A DNA stretch of 61,792 nucleotides, counting the filler, from Basidiobolus ranarum (Eukaryota), in NCBI GenBank assembly GCA_040143965.1. It is 9 parts of 9 records of this genome, joined end to end, with 100 filler letters (N's around TTAATTAATTAA, not from the genome) between each part and the next. Parts side by side here need not be neighbours in the genome. Positions count along the whole stretch, not along the records: positions 27,554 to 34,328 come from JASJQH010001247.1; positions 34,429 to 41,198 come from JASJQH010001248.1; positions 41,299 to 48,067 come from JASJQH010001249.1; 6 more parts are not named here. One strand, given 5' to 3'. A model generated the notes under the pieces. That model did no database searches, was not told where the DNA came from, and worked only from the letters and a program-made list of their open reading frames with translations. The translations under genes and the position numbers were made by a program. Shown in pieces: positions 30,759-42,759 of this stretch (position 1 is its first letter; every line of letters begins with the position of its first letter).

Positions 30759-31905
30759 ATGGAGCTTACTTCTGTTAATACCTTGAGAAAACAGTATGTA
30801 TGCTTACCATCATCGAATTAGAAAATATCCGTGCCTTTCTATTACTTATCCTCATGATCTCCCATACTCAATCTCTTTCCCATTCGTAGACCTTCCCGTT
30901 CGGGCAGCACAGCCTCAAACTCGTCGATCCCATCATCTTCTGGCTCTAAGCTTATACAATTACAACGCTCCAATTCCAGTATCAACACAGCTAATATTGT
31001 AGCTCCTAATGGAGGAAACGTAGCTCTTGCAGCTGTACCTAGCTCCACAGGTTCCTTAACTTCATCTCCTGGCTCCATAACACCTGCTGGCAATGTCAGC
31101 CAATCTACACCTGGAATCCATCCTTTACATTATACTTGGGTTTTCTGGTTCATGCATAGACCTCCTGGTCAAAAGATATTAAACTACGAGAGTGCCATGA
31201 AAAAGATTGCTGCTTTTTCTTCAGTAAGCTATATTTTTTTTAGATCGAGGGTAGTTGTGGATACTAAATATTACTTTATCTTCGAAGATTGAGGATTTTT
31301 GGGCTGTTTATTCTCATTTACGTAGACCACACGAATTACCAACCATTAGTGATTATCATTTGTTCAAGCAAGGTGTTCGTCCAGTTTGGGAGGTACATGT
31401 ATAGATTTATCTATGGTAAAGTGAGCTCAAAGCTAATATTTAGCATTCTCAAAGGATGATACAAACATCAATGGTGGAAAATGGATTGTACGCTTGAAAA
31501 AGGGACTGGCTTCACGATATTGGGAGAGCTTGGTACGTGTTGAACTTTATTAGTCCGCTCGCAATGTTACGCAATCTGATTGTTTACCGATGTTTAGGTT
31601 CTAGCTGTAATTGGCGATCAATTTGATGTTGGTTCTGAGATCTGTGGTGCTGTACTTTCCATTCGCCATTCAGAAGATATTCTTTCGGTATGGAACCGCT
31701 CCGCTAATGAGGGACGGATTAATCTTAAAATAAGGTAGGCCATCTTTTATAAGCTTTCTACTTTCCATATCTTAATGGTGATGTCTCTAGGGACACTTTG
31801 AAGTATGTGTTAAACCTTCCAGGCGATACTATAATGGAATATAAAACTCACAACGATGCACTCAAGGATAACTCGAGCTTCAGAAATACCGATGTGTATA
31901 AATAG
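30759..31905 (+). CDS. Class II cap-binding protein eIF4E (eIF4E2/4EHP-like), multi-exon
   Basis: HPLHYTWVFW, NYE (Tyr at the Trp56-equivalent position), IEDFWAVY, DYHLFKQGVRPVWED, NGGKWIVRLKKGLASRYWE and YKTHND; stop at 31903-31905. Divergent from the dynein intermediate chain gene. Confidence 0.9.
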
Positions 31906-32834
31906 TCTAGTGTCAAAATTAAAACATTTGAATTCAATACAAATAGCATGTTGGTACTCATTTTTGATGTAATTTATTTCGAAGAGCCACTGGTGCCGAT
32001 TTTGCTTGATATAGACTTGTTCCTTCGGGCTTGGGGTCAATGAACCTCTGCTTATAGTAATCTATTGTGGTGATTGTTTCAAAAGGCTCCAGATCCATGT
32101 ATGATTCTTTAAAGATGATTTGTATAAAGAAGATATACCCCCAATTTGGCCCAGTCCGAAGGAATTTAACTATTTCTAACTTTAAGTTTGTGCCTTCCAT
32201 CTTTGAGCATATTATGAGATGCCCAACGTTTATGGCGTCCCACCAAGACTGTCGCAGTCACATCAAAGCCTGGTAAGATTAAGAAAAGATGGGCCTGAGG
32301 TAGTTCTAATTGATGGTTTTTTCTCTAAACTCAGCTAGAGCATGTGCAAGCGGTTAGATGATCTTGTCATTGGGACATAAAGTGATCCATATCTATTCTT
32401 CAACAGATTCTTTTTCAAATTAATCTTAACTGTGGCATATGTGTCATCATTGCTCCATATTTTATCTATACTCCAGGAGTTTCAGAAATCAGTGATTTTT
32501 CATACTGAAGCTCCTTCCTCAAAACAAAACAGTGAATGCCCCAATTGATTTCGTTCACGGACATTCTTGTGATATGAATTCTTTGGCGACGGTGACTGGT
32601 GAGGCGGTATAAGGTTTTTGTTGTCGGCTAATATGGCAGGAATTCGATTGATTTAAGGAATTACGGTTTATTTCGTGGCGCCGCAGTACCGTGGGGATGT
32701 GAGAATCGTATTGAATAATCTGCTAATAAGCATGAATCAATGGGCGAATGGAAGCAAAATACTAGTCATATCGAGGCTACTCATGAAAATTCTAACACTT
32801 TGCTGGTACCTTCTCACAAATAATACATCAAACC

Positions 32835-33632
32835 ATGAAAGGTAAGAGAACCGTAAGGAGGGGAGATATCAAACTGGCTACTTTTACAGATCCCTATCTT
32901 GAAGAGTTTACGGAGGCGAACAAAGTTAAGATCCAAATTCAGCCATATCAGCGTTTTGCCGTTGCTTATCTTATAACGGTGCTTTGTGGTAGTTTTGCCA
33001 ATCTTTTAATCGACTCATCTACACATACGCACTATTTTACTCACAAGGGGAACTTGTTTAACGCGTATTTCGTCAAGTATGGCTGGGCGTGGACTAGTGG
33101 ATGCTTTCTTTTATTTTCCATTTTCTCTTTATCCTACCGAAACAAAAAGAGAATCCTCGCCTCTTTATTACGTTGGTTGTTTGCTAGCACATACTGGTAC
33201 GTCATTACTCAAAGATTCTTCGGACCTCCTATTATGGATCGCGTTTATGTTTTATCCGGAGGGGCTTGCTCCCTGCCTGGAGTCTACGATTCTTTATCCT
33301 GTAAAAGAAAAGGAGGTTTGTGGTTCGGTGGACATGATTTGTCGGGACATTGTCTACTCTTAATTCACTCTTCACTCTTCTTATGGGAGGAACTTCGCGT
33401 TTTACTGTTTGATATTAGACTTTATAAGCGTATCCGAAAGAGTTTCTGGCAACGCAATCTAAGTAATTTTTTGATTTGCCTCTGGGGATTATGGTGGTGG
33501 ATGTTAATTATGACTTCAATTTATTTTCATAACTTCTACGAAACATTTACTGGTTCTTTATGTGGTTATGGTTTTTGGTTTCTTGCATATGTAGTGATAT
33601 ATCCTAATACTGTATTCCCCGGTGCACCATAG
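32835..33632 (+). CDS. SCS3: FIT family (Scs3/Yft2) acyl-CoA diphosphatase, ER membrane protein
   Basis: K.NLFNAYFVKYGWAWTS, GGHDLSGHCLLL and MTSIYFH motifs; several hydrophobic segments. Confidence 0.9.
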   Translation: MKGKRTVRRGDIKLATFTDPYLEEFTEANKVKIQIQPYQRFAVAYLITVLCGSFANLLIDSSTHTHYFTHKGNLFNAYFVKYGWAWTSGCFLLFSIFSLSYRNKKRILASLLRWLFASTYWYVITQRFFGPPIMDRVYVLSGGACSLPGVYDSLSCKRKGGLWFGGHDLSGHCLLLIHSSLFLWEELRVLLFDIRLYKRIRKSFWQRNLSNFLICLWGLWWWMLIMTSIYFHNFYETFTGSLCGYGFWFLAYVVIYPNTVFPGAP

Positions 33633-34328
33633 ATTCATCTTGAATAGTTTCTTTCTTAGAGCATCTATTCAACGCGATATTACCCATTTCATTCGTCTCA
33701 TATGTCATATGACTACCACTCAAGCAATAAACCACTCCATTCATGTACAACCACTTTGGGTACAACATCCAGTGCGAGAAGAGGGAAATAAGAACAAATT
33801 TAGATAGTGAAAGATGAGTGTATCGAAAGTTATGTCGGTCATCATCGAAATATCCGCCTTAAGTGATGCATGCGCTTTGCAAAGGTACCATTTGAGAGTC
33901 CCAGGAACTTGATACCATTGCCTAATTAAACAAATCATCTGGGTATCTTTAAATCTGAAGTTAGGAAAGATTGCACTCGTAATTATAGAATGATGAACAA
34001 AGTTACCCGTAGCATTATAAAATAAAGAAACGTTATCAAGACATATTCATACGTTTGCATCCTGTGATTCATATACAAATATACTTTGTTAAGCGGACTC
34101 AAACAGTATTTACTCCATGTGGTGGTAGTAATGTCTGAAAGATTAGATATTTATTAATTATGAGATCATATGAAACAAATCAGTAGTGTAATATTGATAT
34201 GTTCAAGTGTGAAAATGGGATTTAGCCAAAAGGCTTCCCAGGAATGTAGCTGCCACTCTGCTTCTACCAATTTGAATATTCCCAAGATTCCTGTACCAGC
34301 CCCCTCTCTTGAGCCTAAGAAAAGCTAC

Positions 34329-34428
34329 NNNNNNNNNNNNNNNNNNNNNNNNNNNNNNNNNNNNNNNNNNNNTTAATTAATTAANNNNNNNNNNNNNNNN
34401 NNNNNNNNNNNNNNNNNNNNNNNNNNNN
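34329..34428. other. Artificial contig linker
   Basis: N44-TTAATTAATTAA-N44. Confidence 0.98.
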
Positions 34429-37400
34429 CCCCCCCCCCTCTTGCTGGTCAAAGATCTTGCTAGTATTGTTAACAAGTATCTCATCACGGGAATCTATTTT
34501 CACTCATCGTAATATTCTATTATAGCACCATGACTATTCTAAGGGGCCATCGGATCTGTAGAGCTTCAAATGTACTCTCAAAAAAAGCTCTAATATCTTA
34601 GTTCATAATATTCCCCAAAGTTATTAGTCATGTTTTCATCGATCTTTCTTCCCACCAGCTTACTATTATACAACCATGGGTTTGGCAACAAAACTGTCAT
34701 AGTGATTGATACTCACTCTGCTCCCTAGTGTGATGAACTCTAATGATAAAAGAAGATAAACAATTTAAGGATGTTGTCAGTTCTCCAGAATAAGAAACCC
34801 CGATAATATTTGAGGAACGACTTTTTCGTGGAGGTTGTAGTCATAGGCTTAAGCGATAAGTCACCTAAGGTGTCCTAGTAGAACAAATCAGGAAGTTTTG
34901 TATGAAGTAATGTGAAGAGAAGTTGCAGAATAATTGTCGCAAATGGTGGTGCGAACTTGGCACATTGAATTAGCCAAGATGTATATGGCTAATTCATCCA
35001 AATCTATTTTTGTACCTAAGCCTAGGAATTTTGAACCTCTTGCTATATAATCAGATAGTGAGATGATCAGTTTCATTACAATCCGAAATAATGAAGTCTA
35101 GCATCCTCCACTCTCTCATCCTTGCCACCTGCTTTTATCGGTCAACAGAAGCGCTCCCCAAATTCGACAAAAGTACAGCTAGGGTAAGCGGGATTATGCT
35201 TTCCTTTACTTCAACACTCCTACTGAGGGCGCTCACTTGAGGCCTGGTCAGATAGCTAAGCTCAACTGGAAGGTAGGCCAATGAGGATCCAGTGGTGATA
35301 TGATAACTACCTGCGACCTTCGTTTGTATAACAGCCTTGAGCATTCCTTTGCAAATAGATTACCTCTGATCAAAAACACCTTAAACACCCAGATTATCGA
35401 TAATCTCTCTAACAAAACCGTAAATTACTCTTGGAGGGTTCCCCATGTCAAGCAAAAAGGGATCAACCAGAACCTGCACTATATCCGAGTCACCACTTCA
35501 TCAGAATCCAACCCGCAAATGCCTACTCTTTTCGGAATTGCGGGGCCATTCACCATATCCTACCTAGCAAATAAGTCACATTTGATTACAATAAAATATA
35601 CAATTTTCTGGATTTCAAGTAATGTCTATTTATATATTTTTGCATGCCCAAAAACCGTCCAGGAGATCACTACGCACGCTATTTTGTTTTAAAGAAATAG
35701 TACAACGGAATAGAATAGCATGAGCAATTTTACCTACCTTGCTTGATCTTGAGGAATTGTTGTTATTTGTAGCAGGCAGGATTAGTGCTTAATGGAGCAA
35801 GCTTATTCCACTAAATACCAGGTATTATTCTCTACCCTCAAGTTTGCATACGCATCAGATTGAGAAAACCTTGCTAAGAGTATCTACCGCTGTAATTACT
35901 TGGTTAATTACAGTTCTTTAGATAATTGTAGGAAAGAAAGTCTGAACTGGAATTTGCATACCAATATTTATATATTTCTTTGTGGCACTCTTAAGCATTT
36001 CGAGCACTTATATTGAACACATGTATGAACTCACATATGCTAGTATCTGATCTGAAGGAGCAAGATTAGGATTCCAGAGTATTATTGGTAGATATACCAA
36101 TATAGTTGAGCGAGCAGTAATGTAATGCAAGTACGATATAACTATGGATGGAAATACTATTAGTATTCAAAAGATTTAGTTTTTAGAGGTTAGCGTGTTC
36201 TGTGAAATGCTAGTATTGAAGGATTGATTAAACGTTTGGCATGAACGATTTGGAATATACATTGGGAATCTTACAAATAACCTTTCAAAATTTATCGAAG
36301 ATAGAGCTACCAAATATTTTGGCTCTGGTGAATAACATCCGGCTGGAAGACTATACTATATATGTCCGAAAACCATAACAGAATCAGCGTATCCCTCCTA
36401 CCATTATTTAATCATGACCACCATTAAGAGGATTTTGCTTCAGATGTCAAGCAATGGTTTCCCGTCCTCGAGATTGAGTCCATAGATTACACTCTTGACG
36501 GAGACAAATCGCAAATATGGACTCTATAGCTAAGGATTGCTTTAGCTCCAATCTAGACTTCCTTCAGAAGAGATTGTCTATTCGATTGTTGATAAAAACA
36601 TTGGAAAGAAACTTGGCCCAATTAATCGCGGAACGATTTTCAGTATTTTCCGCGAACATGATAGAGCTGGAATAGCTTCTATTAAAGAAAAGCTGGCTGA
36701 GCTTGATGCTACATCGCCATGCTCAAAAAGGACATATCTAGGTTTATAGACGTCAGGTGGAACTTCCATTTACAGATATTAGAGTACCATTATCAATCCT
36801 CAGGGTGTTCTTAAAAGGATGACCAATAAGTCCGCTGATCGTTTTGATTGGCAAAACGTGGTATTCAGGGCAGCAAAGCAATACACCCTATTTTCCGGAA
36901 CAAGCCCCAATTTTTGATTGGAACTCTTTAACTAGCCAGTACTATCGAGTGCCAGATTTCAATGCGGATAGCCTATGATATGGCATTACGTTTGTCTATG
37001 ATTGCTTAGGCAATATTTTGAATGGACTTTGTCGGTGTTGAGTGATTTATGCCTATGGCTCTCGGTAACACCTTGTATATTGATATATTGACCTCACTAA
37101 TGACTTCGGTTGTTTTCCAATGGTCATGTCTATACGTGTACCATTGTGAATAGCTTGCGTACATTGGCCTAACCCCACCTGCATTCATCATTCGCTTATG
37201 TTCTAATAGTCTATCTTTGTACAGAAGATACCACTTCCGGCTCATCAGCACAATCTTATCATAGTGGCTCTCGAAATTCTGATCAGAAATACTTCAAACC
37301 GGATTGGGCAAATCTGACCAGGATTCATCAGATGACTGCATCGGCTCCCGCATCAATTACTTTACCGGAACGTCGGTGGTAACTGAACTAATCTTTCCCA

Positions 37401-37707
37401 GCAGTTATCTACCCATACATGTTACACATTCTACGCATTCGATCATTTCGAGATAACCTATACAAATCTAGAATATCACATTTACAATCAATTCCGCGTT
37501 CGAGAGATGTAGTTGCGTTCGAACCAGTATGCGACAAAACTCCACTCTGGCGTCATCTGCATTTGGATCGTATCAAAGACTTGGAGGAATTTTCGAGGCG
37601 CAGCTTGATTTTGTATGTAGTGAGCTTAACCAGAATTTGGTATAAAACCGAGCAACTATCTGATTCCTTCAAGCTATATCGCAAACTAGACATTACTTGC
37701 AACATCG

Positions 37708-38388
37708 ATGAATATTATTCTTGTACACGGAGCATGGGCAGATGGATCCAGCTGGAGAGATGTCATTCCAACTTTACAGCAAGCTGGTCATAAGGTGATT
37801 GCTGCCCAATTGCCCCTAACCTCGCTCTCCGACGATGTGAACAGAGTCCGAATGCTTCTGGAGAGAGTTCAAGGCCCTACCATCTTAGTCGGGCATTCTT
37901 ACGGTTGCGCCGTGATAACTGGTGCTGCAACTGGTGTAAGTCACGTGGTTGGCCTGGTTTTCATTGCAGGTTTTGCACTTGATGAAGGTGAATCTTTAGC
38001 CGATATATTTTCAAAGTATCCTGCTTTGGAGAGTGGGCAGCATATCAAGCCTGATAACCATGGTTTCCTTTGGGTACAGCCGGAGCTCTTCCCCAAATAT
38101 TTTGCTGCTGATGTAGATCTAGAAAAGGGTAAACTCATGGGCGTTGTTCAAAATCCTATTTCTGCGAAAAGTTTCACTGACAAAAGTGGACCACCTGCTT
38201 GGAAGACGTTACCCTCTTGGTACCAAATCTCAGACAATGATATGATGATCCCTCCAGAAGCAGAACGCATGATGGCCAAACGTGCCAATTCTACCACTAT
38301 CTCGTTGCCCTCCAGTCATGCATCCTTATTCAGTCATTGGAAAGAGGTTGCCAACTTCATTCTACAGGCTGCTAAAGAGTTACAGTAA
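37708..38388 (+). CDS. Alpha/beta hydrolase (Abhydrolase_6), intronless, bacterial-like
   Basis: LVHGAWADGSSW; nucleophile GHSYG; catalytic Asp region DNDMMIPP; His in SSHAS; TATAAAA at ~37641; AATAAA after the stop. Confidence 0.92.
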   Translation: MNIILVHGAWADGSSWRDVIPTLQQAGHKVIAAQLPLTSLSDDVNRVRMLLERVQGPTILVGHSYGCAVITGAATGVSHVVGLVFIAGFALDEGESLADIFSKYPALESGQHIKPDNHGFLWVQPELFPKYFAADVDLEKGKLMGVVQNPISAKSFTDKSGPPAWKTLPSWYQISDNDMMIPPEAERMMAKRANSTTISLPSSHASLFSHWKEVANFILQAAKELQ

Positions 38389-39182
38389 AGACAAGGCCCA
38401 TATATGTACGTACTGCTTAACTTGTGAGAAATAAACTGAGTTGTAAAATTTCTGTGATCAGCCTAACTTTTGGGGATCTCCGAATTGGTTAATGATTTCA
38501 TGTATGTCAGATATGTTTAGTAATAGTAACGGTAATGGCTGCATGTTATTCAACTAAATAAAGGTTACCAATGGTATAGTGAATGTACAATATAGTTACA
38601 CCAACCTTATTTCTAAATAAAATCCTGCCGTTAATGGAAGGTTATTATCCAGGCCAGAAATCACCTAATAATCTTGAATCTCTCCACAGAAGCGTGCGAA
38701 CTGGCCACTTAGTGGAAAAATAATTGAATGCGCCATGGGTTTCGTGTCACTATTATCAACCCAAGCCCAAGTTAAAAAACCAACGTCAATGATTTTCATA
38801 CCCTTCATATTAACGGAGATACAGAAGTATATGATCATGATTTAAAGGTGCATTATTAGAAAAGGTTAGTATAATGAAGATCTTTTTTCTATTGCTATCA
38901 ACTTGTATGTTACAGGACACATAATGAGAAAGCTTTGCGATGGATTATAATGTCAGCTACATACAGAATACAATATTAAATCATATGCACTGTCAATGTG
39001 CAACCGGAGATAAAGTTGTTTCGGCAGTTTTTGTATTTGGCTAGCCAAAAATTCTCATGAACCTTAACTTTATTGCTGAATATTTCGTGTATACATATAT
39101 AATAAAGTTTTTGCATACAATTCCTTATCGAATAATCATACTGTTAAAATTAGCATAGCCTAAACATCTATATAGTTATATA

Positions 39183-40419
39183 CCAGGGGTATGCATATGA
39201 AACCGCCCTTTTCCTAGAAGGGTCCTAGCGGTCAATTTTGGTACTATACAGACGAGTAATTGAGTTTGTTTGTTTTGGTTCTGTCTGAGGAATATTTAGA
39301 ACTTGAAATAATTCAAATTTCATACCCGCAACATATTTTTTTACAACGTTAAACACGTCAAACTTTGTGCCTCAAAATAGCGATGTGCGGACAGCATTGG
39401 TTTTTTGTTACCATTGGAAGAAAACTGCTGCAGAATATCATCGAATGCTTGTGGAAGCTTACGGCGACCATGCTCTTAACCAAATACAGTGTAAAGAGTG
39501 GTTTAGAAAATTCAAAAGTGGTGATTTTGATATTGGAAACAAAGAACGTGGTCAGCCGGCCAAAAAGTTCGAAGACACTGAATTACAAGAATTGTTGGAA
39601 GAGGATGCTACTCAAACGCAACAACAACTCGCGGATCAATTAAATGTGACCCAAGAAACCATTTCTAGACGTTTAAAAGCTATGGGAAAGATTCAAAAGA
39701 TTGGAAAATGGTTTCCACATGAACTGAGCGAAAGGCAGCAGGAGAACCGGAAGACCACTTGTGAGATGCTGCTCGCCAGGTACAAAAGAAAGTCATATCT
39801 TCATTGAATTGTTACTGGAGACGAAAAGTGTATCTATTTTGAGAATCCTAACCTTAACCATCAACATTGACCGCAAGGCCAAATCGCTATGGACGGAAGA
39901 CAATGCTCTGTGTTTGGTGGGACCAGAAGGGCATTATCTATTATGAGCTGCTGAAACCTGGCCAACCTGTCAATACTGAACACTACCAACAGCAAATGGT
40001 GAAATTGAACCAAGCTTTGCATCAAAAAAGACCAGAATATCAAAAAAGGCAGCACAAAGTCATTTTGCTGCAAAACAGACGAAAGAAACAATTGAAATAT
40101 TTGGTTGGGAAATTCTTTCTCCTGCGGCTTATTCACCAGACTTGGCTCCATCTGATTATCATTTGTTTGCTTCGATGGGACACGCGTTGGCTGAGCAACG
40201 CTTCACCGACTACGAAAATGTCGAAGAATGGCTCGACGACTGGTTTTCCTCGAAAGTAGAAAAAATTTTTTGGCGAGGGATTCACAAATTGCCAGAGAGA
40301 TGGGAGAGTTGAATCGCTATCGATGGAAATTACTTTGAATAAAATATCTTTTCTCACCTTCATAAAATATACGTTTATGTGTACAACTCAAAAGGGCGGT
40401 TTCATATGCATACCCCTGG
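39183..40419 (+). mobile_element. Mariner DNA transposon (Mos1/mauritiana-like), full-length but defective
   Basis: Perfect 30-bp terminal inverted repeats CCAGGGGTATGCATATGAAACCGCCCTTTT at 39183-39212 and 40390-40419, flanked by TA; ~1.24 kb. Confidence 0.96.
39355..40342 (+). pseudogene. Mariner DD34D transposase pseudogene
   Basis: WFPHEL (WVPHEL motif), TGDEK and YSPDLAPSDYHLFASMGHALAEQRF. Lesions: start ATG>ACG, TGA at 39805-39807, deletions (including the HDNAP catalytic Asp) with a frameshift, and a late TGA. Confidence 0.93.
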
Positions 40420-40737
40420 TATAGCTTAGTACTTAGTTATACTATATTTCACTAAGATATCACTCACTATTCTCAATCAGAATTTACTTACAAGTTCTCA
40501 GATATATAGATTTTTCAAACTTTTGCTAGAAGCCCCAAAGTTTGCACGTGTGCTCCTAGGACCTTTCTTAACACATTCTACATGTTTGTTTGCTTACTTG
40601 TTGACAAAACTATAAATGTTACTCTCTATTCAATAAATCAAATAAGTGAAAACCATCAATTTCCCTAGCTCTCCAAACCACTTCCAACAGGCTTCCAAAA
40701 TACTTTAACAGATACAAGATACACTTGGGTCTGTTTA

Positions 40738-41198
40738 TGTTGAGAAATTGGCTAATGCTGTATATCCAATCCATTCATATTGACACTAACTTAGAAGTTC
40801 TCAGATATATACATTTTTTCAAAGAGGCCCCAAACTCTGCATACATGTTCCTGGGACCTTCCTTAACACATTTAACACATAACCTTGTTTACATCTTGAC
40901 AAACCATAAATGCCAACTCTCTACTAAATCAATCAACAAGTGAAAACCACCAATTTCTCTAATTCTCCAAAACACCTCCAACCAGCTCCCAAATACTTTA
41001 ACAGGTTATGAGCTCCAAGCTTGCCCTCTCTGTGTTGTCTACTTCTCAAATTTATGGAACTTTTCCCTCTTCTGAAAAATTGGATGGAACCAATTTTCAA
41101 GTTTGGAAAATTAAAATAATATAAGAAAAAGGACTTAGGGACACTGTTGTAGGAGACAAGAACAATGCAAAACTATCTAAAACCAAAGTTTTACTCCA
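40738..41198 (+). mobile_element. Ty1/copia retrotransposon 5' end: LTR (40738-41003), primer-binding site (41004-41015), degenerate gag start
   Basis: TGTTG...TAACA LTR immediately followed by GGTTATGAGCTC; gag-like EKLDGTNFQVWKIKI remnant at ~41071-41120. Confidence 0.85.
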
Positions 41199-41298
41199 NN
41201 NNNNNNNNNNNNNNNNNNNNNNNNNNNNNNNNNNNNNNNNNNTTAATTAATTAANNNNNNNNNNNNNNNNNNNNNNNNNNNNNNNNNNNNNNNNNNNN
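41199..41298. other. Artificial contig linker
   Basis: N44-TTAATTAATTAA-N44. Confidence 0.98.
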
Positions 41299-41410
41299 AT
41301 TGGGCTCCTGATGTATATGATGGAGTACCAACATTAGTAACTTCATGGTTAGCAGTAATACCAAAGATATCACTTCTAGTATTTATGTTAGAATTATTTG
41401 CAGGAGTATA
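41299..41410 (+). pseudogene. nad2: Mitochondrial nad2 fragment (NUMT)
   Basis: Translates as [32 protein letters not shown] with mitochondrial-style A/T-ending codons; the similarity then ends. Confidence 0.8.
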
Positions 41411-42759
41411 TAGACCACAGCATACCTATTACATTCTTGTAAATTTCCAGTAGAACATGGATCCAAGTGGTTTATCTTACCCGGTTAATTTTACAATATA
41501 CGCATTGAGCCAGTGCAGCTCAGGTTCAAAATGAAATCATGTAATGATGCTAGTACGCAACCAATGAGCTACCTAATCAATATCATATTTCAATCAAGAA
41601 TTTTACCGCGCTTTATCTTACCGCGCTGTAGTGTATCCAAATCAGGTTCACTCAAACCACCTTCAGAAAACAATAATTCCTACCTCCCCTTACATTTGTG
41701 ACAAAAACTTGCGTGCAGATAATATCCAATACTGAAATATGGTAAATTGTGTGAATTAGGTGTTGGTGCGGATGTACAGAGACAAATGTAATCAGCCGGG
41801 ATACTAGTATGTGAAATTTGCATTTTATTGTTCATAAAGAAACTACCCATACATACGTATGCATGAAACCAGAAAAAACAAGGTCCTTTTTACAAGTTTC
41901 GGAACATCTCTCTCTAGATGAGGCAAGAGATCAGGAACAGATGGCCTAACACCTCCGTCATTGATGAAACGAGGGCTTATATAGTTACTAACAGTTATTC
42001 AAAAATTGATGCACGAGAATGGTTACACTCGAAACTCTATTACAAGATGATCTTCCCAAGTTGTCACATTGTATGCGATTACACGGATTTGTTTTACGAA
42101 TACGCCGAGACTCAACGGTCAAGTAAGATTTCAGTAGTCTAAGGGAATATAGAGATGTGGTCACAGGTGGCAGCGGTTGCAAAAGGAAGTGTGGTCCCAA
42201 TGTTTCAACATTTTTAAGAATCCCCTGCCTACAGCTAAATCTATTATACGCCAAGAGCAAAAATCGAAAGCTACAGAATAAATATATGCAAGCTTACACA
42301 TGTGGTAGTGTATATTGTTAAGCCACGAACGTCCGAGTTCACCTCCACCGAAATGGCAAGATACTGCCTGGGCAGGATACACGGTTAAAGCAAGTATCTG
42401 GCACAAATACAATGTGTACTCGAAATTATTCGGAGAATTAAAGCTTGAAAATGGATCAGAAATCAATGCAGATAGATGAAACAAGTAATTCACGGGTTGA
42501 ATCCATAATTACCGCTCAAAATCCATGACAAATGGATACATTGTTTCTCATTCCAACTAAGGCATTGTCACAATTGCGAGCAATGTATTGTACTAGAGAT
42601 GAAACCAATAACTCTGGATTCGGCTATCTCTCTTCAAATCCGATATAAACGGATCCCTTTCCCATGTAGAAAATCACCAAACGTCACCTCATTGGACTTC
42701 CGGCCTGGTCCAACTTTCCTTAGTTGCTTTGCTTAGTTTTCCGCTATCCTTCCTTTCCA

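Larger units (their letters stand above)
39142..40710 (+). mobile_element. Copia solo LTR interrupted by the mariner (LTR parts 39142-39180 and 40422-40710)
   Basis: Termini TGTTAAA...TTTAACA form a 7-bp inverted repeat; flanks CATAC/GATAC are a 4/5 match for a 5-bp target-site duplication; the right part matches the other LTR copies. Confidence 0.7.

Noticed and set aside
31810-32276. ORFs overlapping or following the eIF4E 3' end
   Set aside because: No homology recognised; partly antisense to the last eIF4E exon.
34429-37300. Possible decayed transposon or gene remnants
   Set aside because: Some coding-like stretches, but no RT, integrase or transposase motif I could identify.
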